The position numbers and the translations under genes were made by a program. Below are positions 54,901 through 59,088 of a stretch of DNA of 64,000 nt, in pieces. The notes beneath the pieces are model-generated. The model did not search any database. It saw nothing but the letters and a program-made list of their open reading frames with translations, and was not told the DNA's origin. The stretch comes from Macrostomum hystrix (Eukaryota > Animalia > Platyhelminthes). The stretch is from contig CATNEN010000012.1 of NCBI GenBank assembly GCA_950097015.1, forward strand, positions 2,170,001 to 2,234,000, in the 5' to 3' direction. Every line of letters starts with the position of its first letter. The stretch's first letter is position 1.

Positions 54901-55744
54901 CACCCCGGTGCTATTAGCGAAAAAGTAGCAGCTGAACTGTGCGGACGTTGTAGAGTCCGAGTAGCTGATGCTGGGACTGAAACCGCCCTGAGCTGGCGGG
55001 CTGATGGCGGACACCAGCGAGTTGAGACGCGTGTTCTCCGGCACGCTAGCCGACGTCTGAACACAGGCGGCGTCGACTGCGTCCGAGGTGAGAGGATTAG
55101 GGGCGAAATTTGTCGACGGGAAAGCGAGGGCCCCCGATACTAAGATAAATATCTATAAGCATCATGACAATGATGACACTGGAAATGGCATGGATTTGGG
55201 AATGATGACACTGGAAATGGCATGGATTTGGGAATGATGACACTGGAAATGGCATGGATTTGGGAATGATGACACTGGAAATGGCATGGATTTGGGAATG
55301 CTGACACTGGAAATGGCATGGATTTGGGAATGATGACACTGGAAATGGCATGGATTTGGGAATGATGACATTGGAAATGGCATGGATTTGGGAATGATGA
55401 CACTGGAAATGGCATGGATTTGGGAATGTTGACACTGGAAATGGCATGGATTTGGGAATGATGACATTGGAAATGGCATGGATTTGGGAATGATAACACT
55501 GGAAACAGAATGGAGTTGGGAATGATGACACTGGAAATGGCATGGATTTGGGAATGATGTCATTGGAAATGGCATGGATTTGGGAATGTTGAGATTGGAA
55601 ATGGCATGGATTTGGGAATGATGACATTGTGACATGACAAGGGAAATGATGACAAGGGAAAACTTTGTTAAATTGAGAAATCTTACCTAAATTCTGCCGA
55701 GAAGCGGCAATCATTAACGCAGCCAGCACCTGAAGCTGCAGCAT
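4589..55744 (-). CDS. Giant non-classical cadherin gene (about 32 EC repeats + membrane-adjacent domain + TM + PDZ-binding tail); CDH23/PCDH15-like architecture, might be auto-annotated 'protocadherin Fat-like'; 38 exons, about 3,908 aa
   Basis: Recurrent cadherin motifs (PEN, DxD, LDRE/LDYE, DxNDNxP) across the exons listed below. All junctions are GT..AG and intron phases are consistent from ATG 55744 to TAA 4589 (summed CDS 11,727 nt). Orthology not tested. Confidence 0.92.
5371..5520 (-). CDS. Cadherin exon 37 (Pro-rich RRTNSPPQ...PLPPLPRPPRPPPSP...DSQ)
   Basis: Acceptor gttag| in the correct phase. Donor |gtggga chosen as the phase-compatible one; the frame stays open to TAG at 5238, so the 3' boundary is uncertain. 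Confidence 0.6.
5789..6430. repeat. About 29-30-bp G-rich minisatellite (GAGGTGGTGGATGCAGGAGGATAGAGAAAT)
   Basis: Direct reading; degenerates at the right end. Confidence 0.9.
7443..7690. repeat. 21-bp array (GAGGTGGCTGGGCTGCGGATT)
   Basis: Direct reading. Confidence 0.95.
7860..8039 (-). CDS. Cadherin exon 36 (cytoplasmic DEDGNPIIIV...PAMQ)
   Basis: tgcag| and |gtgagt; 180 nt, phase 2-2, in frame with exon 35 (SGDNV-DEDG). Confidence 0.8.
8385..8610. repeat. Degenerate CCACCACCTCATTTTCTCTA array (reverse-complement relative of 5789-6430)
   Basis: Direct reading. Confidence 0.75.
9859..10398. mobile_element. MITE, Mutator/foldback-like, 540 bp
   Basis: TIR GGTTTACTCCCGATTCGCCGAATCCCGATTC with subterminal tandem repeats; 9-bp TSD TTAAAATGT (9850-9858, 10399-10407). 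Confidence 0.85.
10511..11124 (-). CDS. Cadherin exon 35 (end of membrane-adjacent domain, TM helix VALIVLGILLFLAALACLIVLCWLC, basic stop-transfer, NPVY)
   Basis: ORF 10507..11067 extended upstream; ttcag| and |gtaagc. Confidence 0.9.
11198..11755. repeat. 27-bp array (CCACCTCACTCCTGCTAATTAGAACAT)
   Basis: Direct reading; intron 34. Confidence 0.93.
11799..12149 (-). CDS. Cadherin exon 34 (last EC + start of membrane-adjacent domain SRLVLTAGIAP...SSTK)
   Basis: 5' part of ORF 11196..12206; tgcag| and |gtaagc. Confidence 0.9.
12449..13338 (-). CDS. Cadherin exon 33 (GAGNVSLRT...GRRRRAA...DVNDNPP...VYTLQ)
   Basis: ORF 12428..13327; cacag| and |gtagat. Confidence 0.93.
13486..13720. mobile_element. 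Degenerate palindromic MITE (possibly hAT-like), about 235 bp
   Basis: Ends CAAGGACCACTAGAA / TTCTAGTGATCCTTG with long imperfect inverted arms; flanks ggaaaata / cgaaaata (8 bp, 1 mismatch). Confidence 0.6.
14145..14661 (-). CDS. Cadherin exon 32 (VLVTLTDVNDNPP...DINDNQP...LQPD)
   Basis: ORF 14125..14688; cgcag| and |gtgagg. Confidence 0.93.
14790..15045. repeat. 41-bp array of GGGATCAGTG subunits
   Basis: Direct reading; intron 31. Confidence 0.85.
15440..15571 (-). CDS. Cadherin exon 31 (GNNNSITVRPGAQPDRE...AFSV)
   Basis: ORF 15419..15685; ggcag| and |gtgcgt. Confidence 0.85.
16126..16383 (-). CDS. Cadherin exon 30 (LWAYDNPTD...AENSAPG...DQAK)
   Basis: ORF 16048..16470; cgcag| and |gtgaga. 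Confidence 0.88.
16465..17130. repeat. 20-bp array (AGATTTTGAATCTAAATCCC)
   Basis: Direct reading; intron 29. Confidence 0.92.
17524..17926 (-). CDS. Cadherin exon 29 (LDREST...DINDWSP...LALE)
   Basis: ORF 17506..17952; ctcag| and |gtgaga. Confidence 0.92.
17965..19085. repeat. 21-bp array (CTGGGATCTGGATAGAGACAA) with interspersed shorter variant units
   Basis: Direct reading; fills intron 28. Confidence 0.95.
19169..19977 (-). CDS. Cadherin exon 28 (MPSIQATDRD...DVNDNAP...DVNDCTP...NSMT)
   Basis: ORF 19126..19977; cgcag| and |gtgggc. Confidence 0.92.
20062..20181 (-). CDS. Cadherin exon 27 (TTAELRLTILDVNDNTP...NTEVYF)
   Basis: ORF 20035..20226; cgcag| and |gtaagt. Confidence 0.88.
20355..20720. 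repeat. 23-bp array (CTATACTCCTCTGTGTACACTCC)
   Basis: Direct reading; intron 26. Confidence 0.93.
21157..21255 (-). CDS. Cadherin exon 26 (NGTVTLNGTVDRETNAQLTFTIVASDMGVSPRY)
   Basis: cgcag| and |gtgagt; VDRE and DxGxxP motifs. Confidence 0.88.
21430..21680. repeat. 12-bp array (AATCAAACCATC)
   Basis: Direct reading; intron 25. Confidence 0.9.
21796..22017 (-). CDS. Cadherin exon 25 (TFVSIIVMDSNNNSP...LAISE)
   Basis: ORF 21781..22038; tgcag| and |gtgagc. Confidence 0.9.
22106..22221 (-). CDS. Cadherin exon 24 (DTFRLTSGG...DGVFNTS)
   Basis: gccag| and |gtatgt. Confidence 0.85.
22275..22530. repeat. 18-bp array (GATTTCAAGGTCAAATCT)
   Basis: Direct reading; intron 23. Confidence 0.93.
22820..23366 (-). 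CDS. Cadherin exon 23 (AVALVTVDITDVNNHAP...DINDSPP...GNFN)
   Basis: ORF 22815..23303 extended upstream; gacag| and |gttagc. Confidence 0.92.
23453..23809 (-). CDS. Cadherin exon 22 (IQASDG...GDVNDNPP...CVDTAGNS)
   Basis: atcag| and |gtacga; absent from ORF track. Confidence 0.88.
23812..24015. repeat. 36-bp G-rich array (GGTTGGGGTTGGGGTGGGTGTCGCTTTGAATCGATT)
   Basis: Direct reading; abuts the exon 22 acceptor. Confidence 0.9.
24287..24427 (-). CDS. Cadherin exon 21 (PTYSLIADSS...PLDYD...YRYNLV)
   Basis: tgcag| and |gtaagt; absent from ORF track. Confidence 0.87.
24501..24755 (-). CDS. Cadherin exon 20 (GLLMALPRTLDRE...DINDNAP...DVTASV)
   Basis: ORF 24477..24746; aacag| and |gtaagc. Confidence 0.9.
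24888..24958. repeat. (CTA)n microsatellite
   Basis: Direct reading; intron 19. Confidence 0.92.
24963..25911 (-). CDS. Cadherin exon 19 (LDFRSGEL...LDYE...ISADT)
   Basis: ORF 24876..25934; ttcag| and |gtgagt. Confidence 0.93.
25921..26235 (+). mobile_element. tRNA-derived SINE-like element occupying cadherin intron 18
   Basis: Head TGGCATAGCGG...CTCGATTCC; flanked by 9-bp direct repeat CTGAAGTTC; second homologous copy at about 40110-40360. Confidence 0.8.
26236..26951 (-). CDS. Cadherin exon 18 (LNATDRDAG...DVNDNSP...EENF)
   Basis: ORF 26202..26972; cccag| and |gttagc. Confidence 0.93.
27060..27530. repeat. About 30-bp array (CCAGCCTGCTCATTACCCAACTCATTTTCT)
   Basis: Direct reading; intron 17. 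Confidence 0.92.
27594..27826 (-). CDS. Cadherin exon 17 (DLFSVQTDG...DVNDNAP...SQVLK)
   Basis: ORF 27570..27923; tgcag| and |gtgagg. Confidence 0.9.
27924..28364 (-). CDS. Cadherin exon 16 (DSYEYVINE...GVNNNAP...SVQGT)
   Basis: ORF 27727..28443; cctag| and |gtgagt. Confidence 0.9.
28407..29270. repeat. 23-bp array (GTGAGTGGACACATGGGGATTCA)
   Basis: Direct reading; fills intron 15. Confidence 0.96.
29291..29405 (-). CDS. Cadherin exon 15 (VMAYNPVFD...TDVNDNAPVFLQ)
   Basis: accag| and |gtcagc; DxNDN linker. Confidence 0.88.
29470..30245. repeat. 38-bp array (GCATCTGATAAATAAGCTAACAAGGACCTCTGAATATA)
   Basis: Direct reading; intron 14. Confidence 0.95.
30271..30341 (-). other. tRNA-like SINE head / tRNA-derived relic
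   Basis: Reverse strand: A box TTGCCCAGTGG and B box GTTCGAATC; no convincing full cloverleaf. Confidence 0.45.
31272..32905. repeat. 28-bp array (CACCTCATATTCTAAGCTGTACATTTCA)
   Basis: Direct reading; intron 14. Confidence 0.97.
33000..33509 (-). CDS. Cadherin exon 14 (FTDPDLD...DTNDNRP...NFSIQ)
   Basis: ORF 32907..33632; cgcag| and |gtgaaa. Confidence 0.92.
33588..34572. repeat. 47-bp array (CCCAGATCCCAATGAACTTTGTGACTCAAAAACTTCCCCTTCCCAAT)
   Basis: Direct reading; fills intron 13. Confidence 0.95.
34584..35033 (-). CDS. Cadherin exon 13 (TATAQV...DYNDNPP...DVNDNAP...FLQMK)
   Basis: ORF 34431..35105; ctcag| and |gtgcga. Confidence 0.92.
35275..35465. repeat. (CCCAAT)n hexamer array with degenerate flanks
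   Basis: Direct reading; intron 12. Confidence 0.92.
35638..35722 (-). CDS. Cadherin exon 12 (GLIRSAGILDREFIDFYNLTATVTDGFK)
   Basis: tgcag| and |gtaagc; LDRE motif. Confidence 0.88.
35799..35890 (-). CDS. Cadherin exon 11 (AIARDPNAILTYSILASLGSEKFSVVTTGN)
   Basis: Uncommon AAG acceptor (gtcaag|); donor |gtaaga in phase 2. Confidence 0.8.
35935..36779. repeat. 14-bp near-perfect array (CAGATCCCAGATCG)
   Basis: Direct reading; fills intron 10. Confidence 0.97.
36790..37134 (-). CDS. Cadherin exon 10 (VNATDTDAGHNG...VLRLT)
   Basis: Start of ORF 35860..37134; cctag| and |gtaaga. Confidence 0.9.
37170..37475. repeat. 18-bp array (CCACCTCACTCCATACAT)
   Basis: Direct reading; intron 9. Confidence 0.92.
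37960..38692. repeat. 20-bp array (GGGAATAGCTAGATCATTCA)
   Basis: Direct reading; intron 9. Confidence 0.95.
38711..38872 (-). CDS. Cadherin exon 9 (VFAREINT...TDVNDNSPLF...LIGQ)
   Basis: ORF 38636..38992; cgcag| and |gtaaga. Confidence 0.9.
40110..40360 (-). mobile_element. Second copy of the intron-18 SINE family (in intron 8)
   Basis: Reverse complement shares CCTGAGCTCGATTCCGCGGCGAGGCCA..TTCATTTGGGGCGCAG..GAGAAGGCTTTGGGA..GATGAGAAAGTCAGG..AGGAGTCAG.GGAATGGGCAG with 25945-26160. Confidence 0.82.
41025..43545. repeat. 21-bp array (TATTCTGAATCTAAAATCCCG)
   Basis: Direct reading; intron 8; about 120 units. Confidence 0.97.
43776..43904 (-). CDS. Cadherin exon 8 (NSKQEF...LLDRETVQSLRLI)
   Basis: ORF 43707..43961; cgcag| and |gtgagt. 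Confidence 0.88.
44004..44180 (-). CDS. Cadherin exon 7 (AYQTDKPDTR...LDKNDNRP...SASDLDL)
   Basis: cgtag| and |gtcagc; DxNDN linker. Confidence 0.88.
44205..44812. repeat. 20-bp array (GGGGTCACCCGAGACTCACT)
   Basis: Direct reading; intron 6. Confidence 0.95.
44838..45035. repeat. 21-bp array (ACACTGTATCACACCTGAACT)
   Basis: Direct reading; intron 6. Confidence 0.93.
45530..45872. repeat. 10-bp array (ACAGTAACCT)
   Basis: Direct reading; intron 6. Confidence 0.93.
46072..46190 (-). CDS. Cadherin exon 6 (...IDEATGEFKVTRLIDREALTSNEILLQVK)
   Basis: tgcag| and |gtgagt; IDRE motif. Confidence 0.88.
46262..46820. repeat. 19-bp array (GGGGATATGGAAGTGGCAA)
   Basis: Direct reading; intron 5. Confidence 0.95.
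47463..47565 (-). CDS. Cadherin exon 5 (DSSIINASLSTIPKLWARDMDLGINQTVNYKIQS)
   Basis: ttcag| and |gtagga; DxDxGxN motif. Confidence 0.88.
47625..48027. repeat. 23-bp array (AACTGGAGTTCAGATACGACTCA)
   Basis: Direct reading; intron 4. Confidence 0.95.
48046..48294 (-). CDS. Cadherin exon 4 (SGAPSFF...LDYD...IDFDDLSPEF...FMEN)
   Basis: ORF 48022..48333; gccag| and |gtgagc. Confidence 0.88.
48335..53285. repeat. 24-bp array (AAACTAAACTGAGATCAGCCTTCT), about 205 units
   Basis: Direct reading; intron 3. Confidence 0.98.
53999..54091 (-). CDS. Cadherin exon 3 (STPVNTLVLSLKGQVDDKDVREDKDFNFAIY)
   Basis: tttcag| and |gtaagt; completes ISE-STPVNT; DxD motif; absent from ORF track. Confidence 0.85.
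54200..54670. repeat. 17-bp array (AACGATATCCCAAATTC)
   Basis: Direct reading; intron 2. Confidence 0.92.
54709..55076 (-). CDS. Cadherin exon 2 (EC1: VDAACVQTSASVPEN...TPVDEFPPFF...ISE)
   Basis: ORF 54685..55044; acceptor cgcag|, donor |gttag. Confidence 0.85.
55165..55630. repeat. 32-bp array (TGACACTGGAAATGGCATGGATTTGGGAATGA)
   Basis: Direct reading; fills intron 1. Confidence 0.95.
55687..55744 (-). CDS. Cadherin exon 1 (signal peptide MLQLQVLAALMIAASRQNL)
   Basis: ATG at 55744, hydrophobic stretch, donor G|gtaaga in phase 1, matching exon 2. An upstream start or exon cannot be excluded. Confidence 0.6.
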
Positions 55745-56149
55745 TTTTAGCCAATCAACTGCAATCGTGTCAACTGGCGGCTGAAACACTTTGAAGGTGC
55801 AATCGCATGCCGGCAGCCAAATGTTAAACTATTGTTTCAGTTTGAGTTCTTGGATTTCTATGGGGTCTGTGTCACCAAAACTGCCTATATAGAAGCTTTG
55901 TACAGTCTATACTAGCATATTAATGTTGCTTGCAGCCACCTCCACCTCCCTCCTTCCTTCCCATTTTTCCTACTCTCGCGGTGACGACAATACCGAACAA
56001 TGGCTTGGCTAGGCAGTCGTGTTGGTTGGCTGGTTGGCTGCAACCGTCTGCCAAATGGGTCATTGTGCTGGGGACGAATTTTGTTGTAAACTTCTGCTCC
56101 ATGGCTATATTTGACTGGTCAATCAGTCAGCCCAGTTGTCACTCCCAAT

Positions 56150-56327
56150 CTAAGACTGTCACTCCCAATCTGAGACTGTCACTCCCAATATAAAACTGTC
56201 ACTTCAAATATAAAACTGTCACTCCCAATATAAAACTGTCACTCCCAATATAAAACTGTCACTCCCAATATAAAACTGTCACTCCCAATATAAAACTGTC
56301 ACTCCCAATATAAAACTGTCACTCCCA
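56150..56327. repeat. 20-bp array (ACTGTCACTCCCAATATAAA)
   Basis: Direct reading; intergenic. Confidence 0.9.
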
Positions 56328-56884
56328 CTGGTGACCACCTACAAACTCCATTCATTTAAGACATTCTACCCTGCGTCTGCCATCAACTCATCTTCAGCTG
56401 GGGTAGACAGCCGGAAGAACAGCCGAATTCAGGAGGGCCTGACAGCAACACCAGTCCAGTCAGGCCACTCCTCCCTGCTGCTTATATTATTATAATAGCG
56501 TGTTAGTTTAGGTGCTGATTTTTTATTTACAATTTTAAACATCGAAAAATAATCTTCAACGAAATCTCCAACGAAATTGTAAGGAATTAAAGGAATAATC
56601 ATAGCGAAGCAAAACAGCTGACAACAATAACTCTTACAAAAAACTTATAAAACTCTAATAAACTCTTAGCTATATGAGCCATGCTTCATTTATGTACCTG
56701 GCTACTAATAGTAACACTATTTGTCTGTTTCTAATGCTACTAAACTATTTATTTTTAAATAAATATATTATATGTATTTAGTCGAATGCAAATATTGCCA
56801 ATTTTGTATGATTCCATACAAAAGCTTTGATGCAAAGCTTGAGCTTGAGGTGTAGCCAAACTATTATTCGCAGAACTGGCCTGT

Positions 56885-57646
56885 TTAAAATGGACCAAGG
56901 CCACGTTCAAGCCTTCCAGCCCGGCTGCAAAGGCCTGAGCAGCACTCAGAGTTGCTGTTGCAGGGCGACGCGAACCTCAGGCAGCTGACGCACCTGCCGT
57001 AGGCCGTGTTGAAATTGTCTAATTGACACACTTTGGCACCGCAGCAGGGCTGCAATTTGGAGCACCACGAACTGCTGGCTGCTGACATGTACCGAGCTGC
57101 AGGATGCTTTGCAGGAACTGCTGGCTGCTGACATGCACCGAGCTGCAGGATGCTTTGCAGGAACTGCTGGCTGCTGACATGCACCGAGCTGCAGGATGCT
57201 TTGCAGGAACTGCTGGCTGCTGACATGCACCGAGCTGCAGGATGCTTTGCAGGAACTGCTGGCTGCTGACATGCACCGAGCTGCAGGATGCTTTGCAGGA
57301 ACTGCTGGCTGCTGACATGCACCGAGCTGCAGGATGCTTTGCAGGAACTGCTGGCTGCTGACATGCACCGAGCTGCAGGATGCTTTGCAGGAACTGCTGG
57401 CTGCTGACATGCACCGAGCTGCAGGATGCTTTGCAGGAACTGCTGGCTGCTGACATGCACCGAGCTGCAGGATGCTTTGCAGGAACTGCTGGCTGCTGAC
57501 ATGCACCGAGCTGCAGGATGCTTTGCAGGAACTGCTGGCTGCTGACATGCACCGAGCTGCAGGATGCTTTGCAGGAACTGCTGGCTGCTGACATGCACCG
57601 AGCTGCAGGATGGTTTGCGCAGGAACTGCTGTCCCTGCTGCTTACA
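56885..57646 (-). pseudogene. Cys-rich knottin-like paralogue 1, interrupted by a 46-bp tandem array; probably degenerate; signal exon not found
   Basis: Open frame CKQQGQ-[array]-WCSKLQPCCGAKVC...RCVSC...CNSNSECCSGLC...*. Cys spacing matches the two intact paralogues, but the last Cys is missing. Confidence 0.6.
57068..57631. repeat. 46-bp array, 12 units, inside knottin paralogue 1
   Basis: GCACCGAGCTGCAGGATGCTTTGCAGGAACTGCTGGCTGCTGACAT. Confidence 0.95.
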
Positions 57647-57699
57647 CTATAGATTGAGTAGCTGCTCATAATGCTATCAATGTGTGATACACACTTACA

Positions 57700-57746
<47 letters not shown>

Positions 57747-57835
57747 TACTCACACTCACCCACACACTCTCAAACAAACACACTATACTCACACTCACAC
57801 ACTCTCAAACACACAACTCACACTCACAACTCACA

Positions 57836-58060
57836 ATGACAGTATGCTCTGCTGAGTCTACAGGCCGCATGTTAGTTAAAACAAATTAGGAATTGCTCAA
57901 TGCTCAATATCCATTAGCAACATGACCGAGCAGCATGCTCTGCTGAGTCTACAGGCCGCATGTTGGTTAAAACAGATTAGGAATTGCTCAATGCTCAATA
58001 TCCATTAGCAACATGACCGAGCAGCATGCTCTGCTGAGTCTACAGGCCGCATGTTGGTTA
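57836..58060. repeat. 91-bp tandem repeat, about 2.5 copies
   Basis: ATGCTCTGCTGAGTCTACAGGCCGCATGTT recurs at 57844, 57935 and 58026. Confidence 0.88.
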
Positions 58061-58183
58061 ATAAAGCTGATCAAGAGTTGCTCAAAGCCTAGTCACTTGC
58101 AACACTGACCAGAGCAGGCCGTGCAAGTCTCACAGGTGTTTCCAACATGCGGTCCGGGGCGCTGCCTTCGCATCTCCAAGCCC

Positions 58184-58189
58184 TATAAA
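58184..58189 (+). promoter_or_regulatory. TATA box of knottin gene 2
   Basis: cTATAAAg, 88 nt upstream of ATG 58272. Confidence 0.55.
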
Positions 58190-58271
58190 GCCGCTAGTCG
58201 ACTAAAGCAGATCTAGTCAGTCCACAAGCAAAGTCTGCAACCTAGCTCGTACAAACTACAGGTGAGAAATC

Positions 58272-58621
58272 ATGAAGCCAACTCTGCTGTGCTTTGCCGT
58301 GCTGTCTGTCCTGCTCATCTACAGCTCAGGTACGTGAGTCAACTGGAGAATATTCTCAACAGAAGCATTGCAGTTTCAATGGGATTTCCATTGATTCGCC
58401 ATGATCCCCAACCGGTTTCAGAGGCCTGCCGTCAGAAGGACGATCGCTGCGATGCCATCCGACCGTGGCGAAGCTGTTGCGGCGGTCTGGAGTGCCGCTC
58501 GGGTCGCTGCGTCGCCACCTGCCTGAAGCATCGCGCGAGCTGCCGACGCGACAAGGAATGCTGCTCCGGCAACTGCGAGTGGTCGCGCTGGCAGATGCAG
58601 CGAGTCTGCAAGCGGAACTGA
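58272..58621 (+). CDS. Secreted double-knot (tandem ICK-like) 12-Cys peptide, gene 2, 85 aa; exons 58272-58329 and 58422-58621
   Basis: MKPTLLCFAVLSVLLIYSSEA + CRQKDDRCDAIRPWRSCCGGLECRSGRCVATCLKHRASCRRDKECCSGNCEWSRWQMQRVCKRN*; phase-1 intron gtacgt..tttcag; ATTAAA at 58761. Confidence 0.9.
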
Positions 58622-59088
58622 CGATGCTGATCCCCGCATCTGCTGCGGTGGCGCTGGCTAGAGACTGCGCTACATGGTGTCTGTGGACTGCTGAATTTAT
58701 CTCTCAGTGTCCCTCCCCAGTGGCACTCAAATGTACTTTTATACTGTTCCTTGGCATTCAATTAAATATATTGCACAGAGAGTCACTACAGGAATGCCTG
58801 CAGTTTGTGCAAGCACCAAACCTCTGAGCTGATGTTGCGGCTTGAGTACCATGAGAGTCACTACAGTATTGTGGAAAAAAAGACTATTAATAAGGCAATT
58901 CTACATTTTTATTAAATGATCCAAAGAATTCATTTAAAAAGTTTTTAAACGATTTATTGATTTATTATTGAATATATTTTCCGTCAGAGTTGGCTGCGCA
59001 GTAATACTGTAAAATTTATTGCGCTTCACTTCTAGCTTTCTGTGAATTTTAAAACAGATAAAACTCGACAGTCATTGAAGCCACCATT

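Noticed and set aside
4589-55744. Calling the cadherin Fat/Fat4, Dachsous, CELSR or a classical cadherin
   Set aside because: No EGF, LamG or 7TM segments and no recognisable catenin-binding tail. No gene symbol given without a phylogeny.
56336-56500. Possible 3' end of a LINE (TTYKLHSFKTFYPASAIN)
   Set aside because: Resemblance to RT C-terminal motifs is too weak to support without a profile search.
58065-58135. Small minus-strand Cys-rich ORF (MRRQRPG...CETCTACSGQCCK)
   Set aside because: No signal peptide, wrong Cys spacing, and it overlaps a degenerate unit of the 91-bp repeat.
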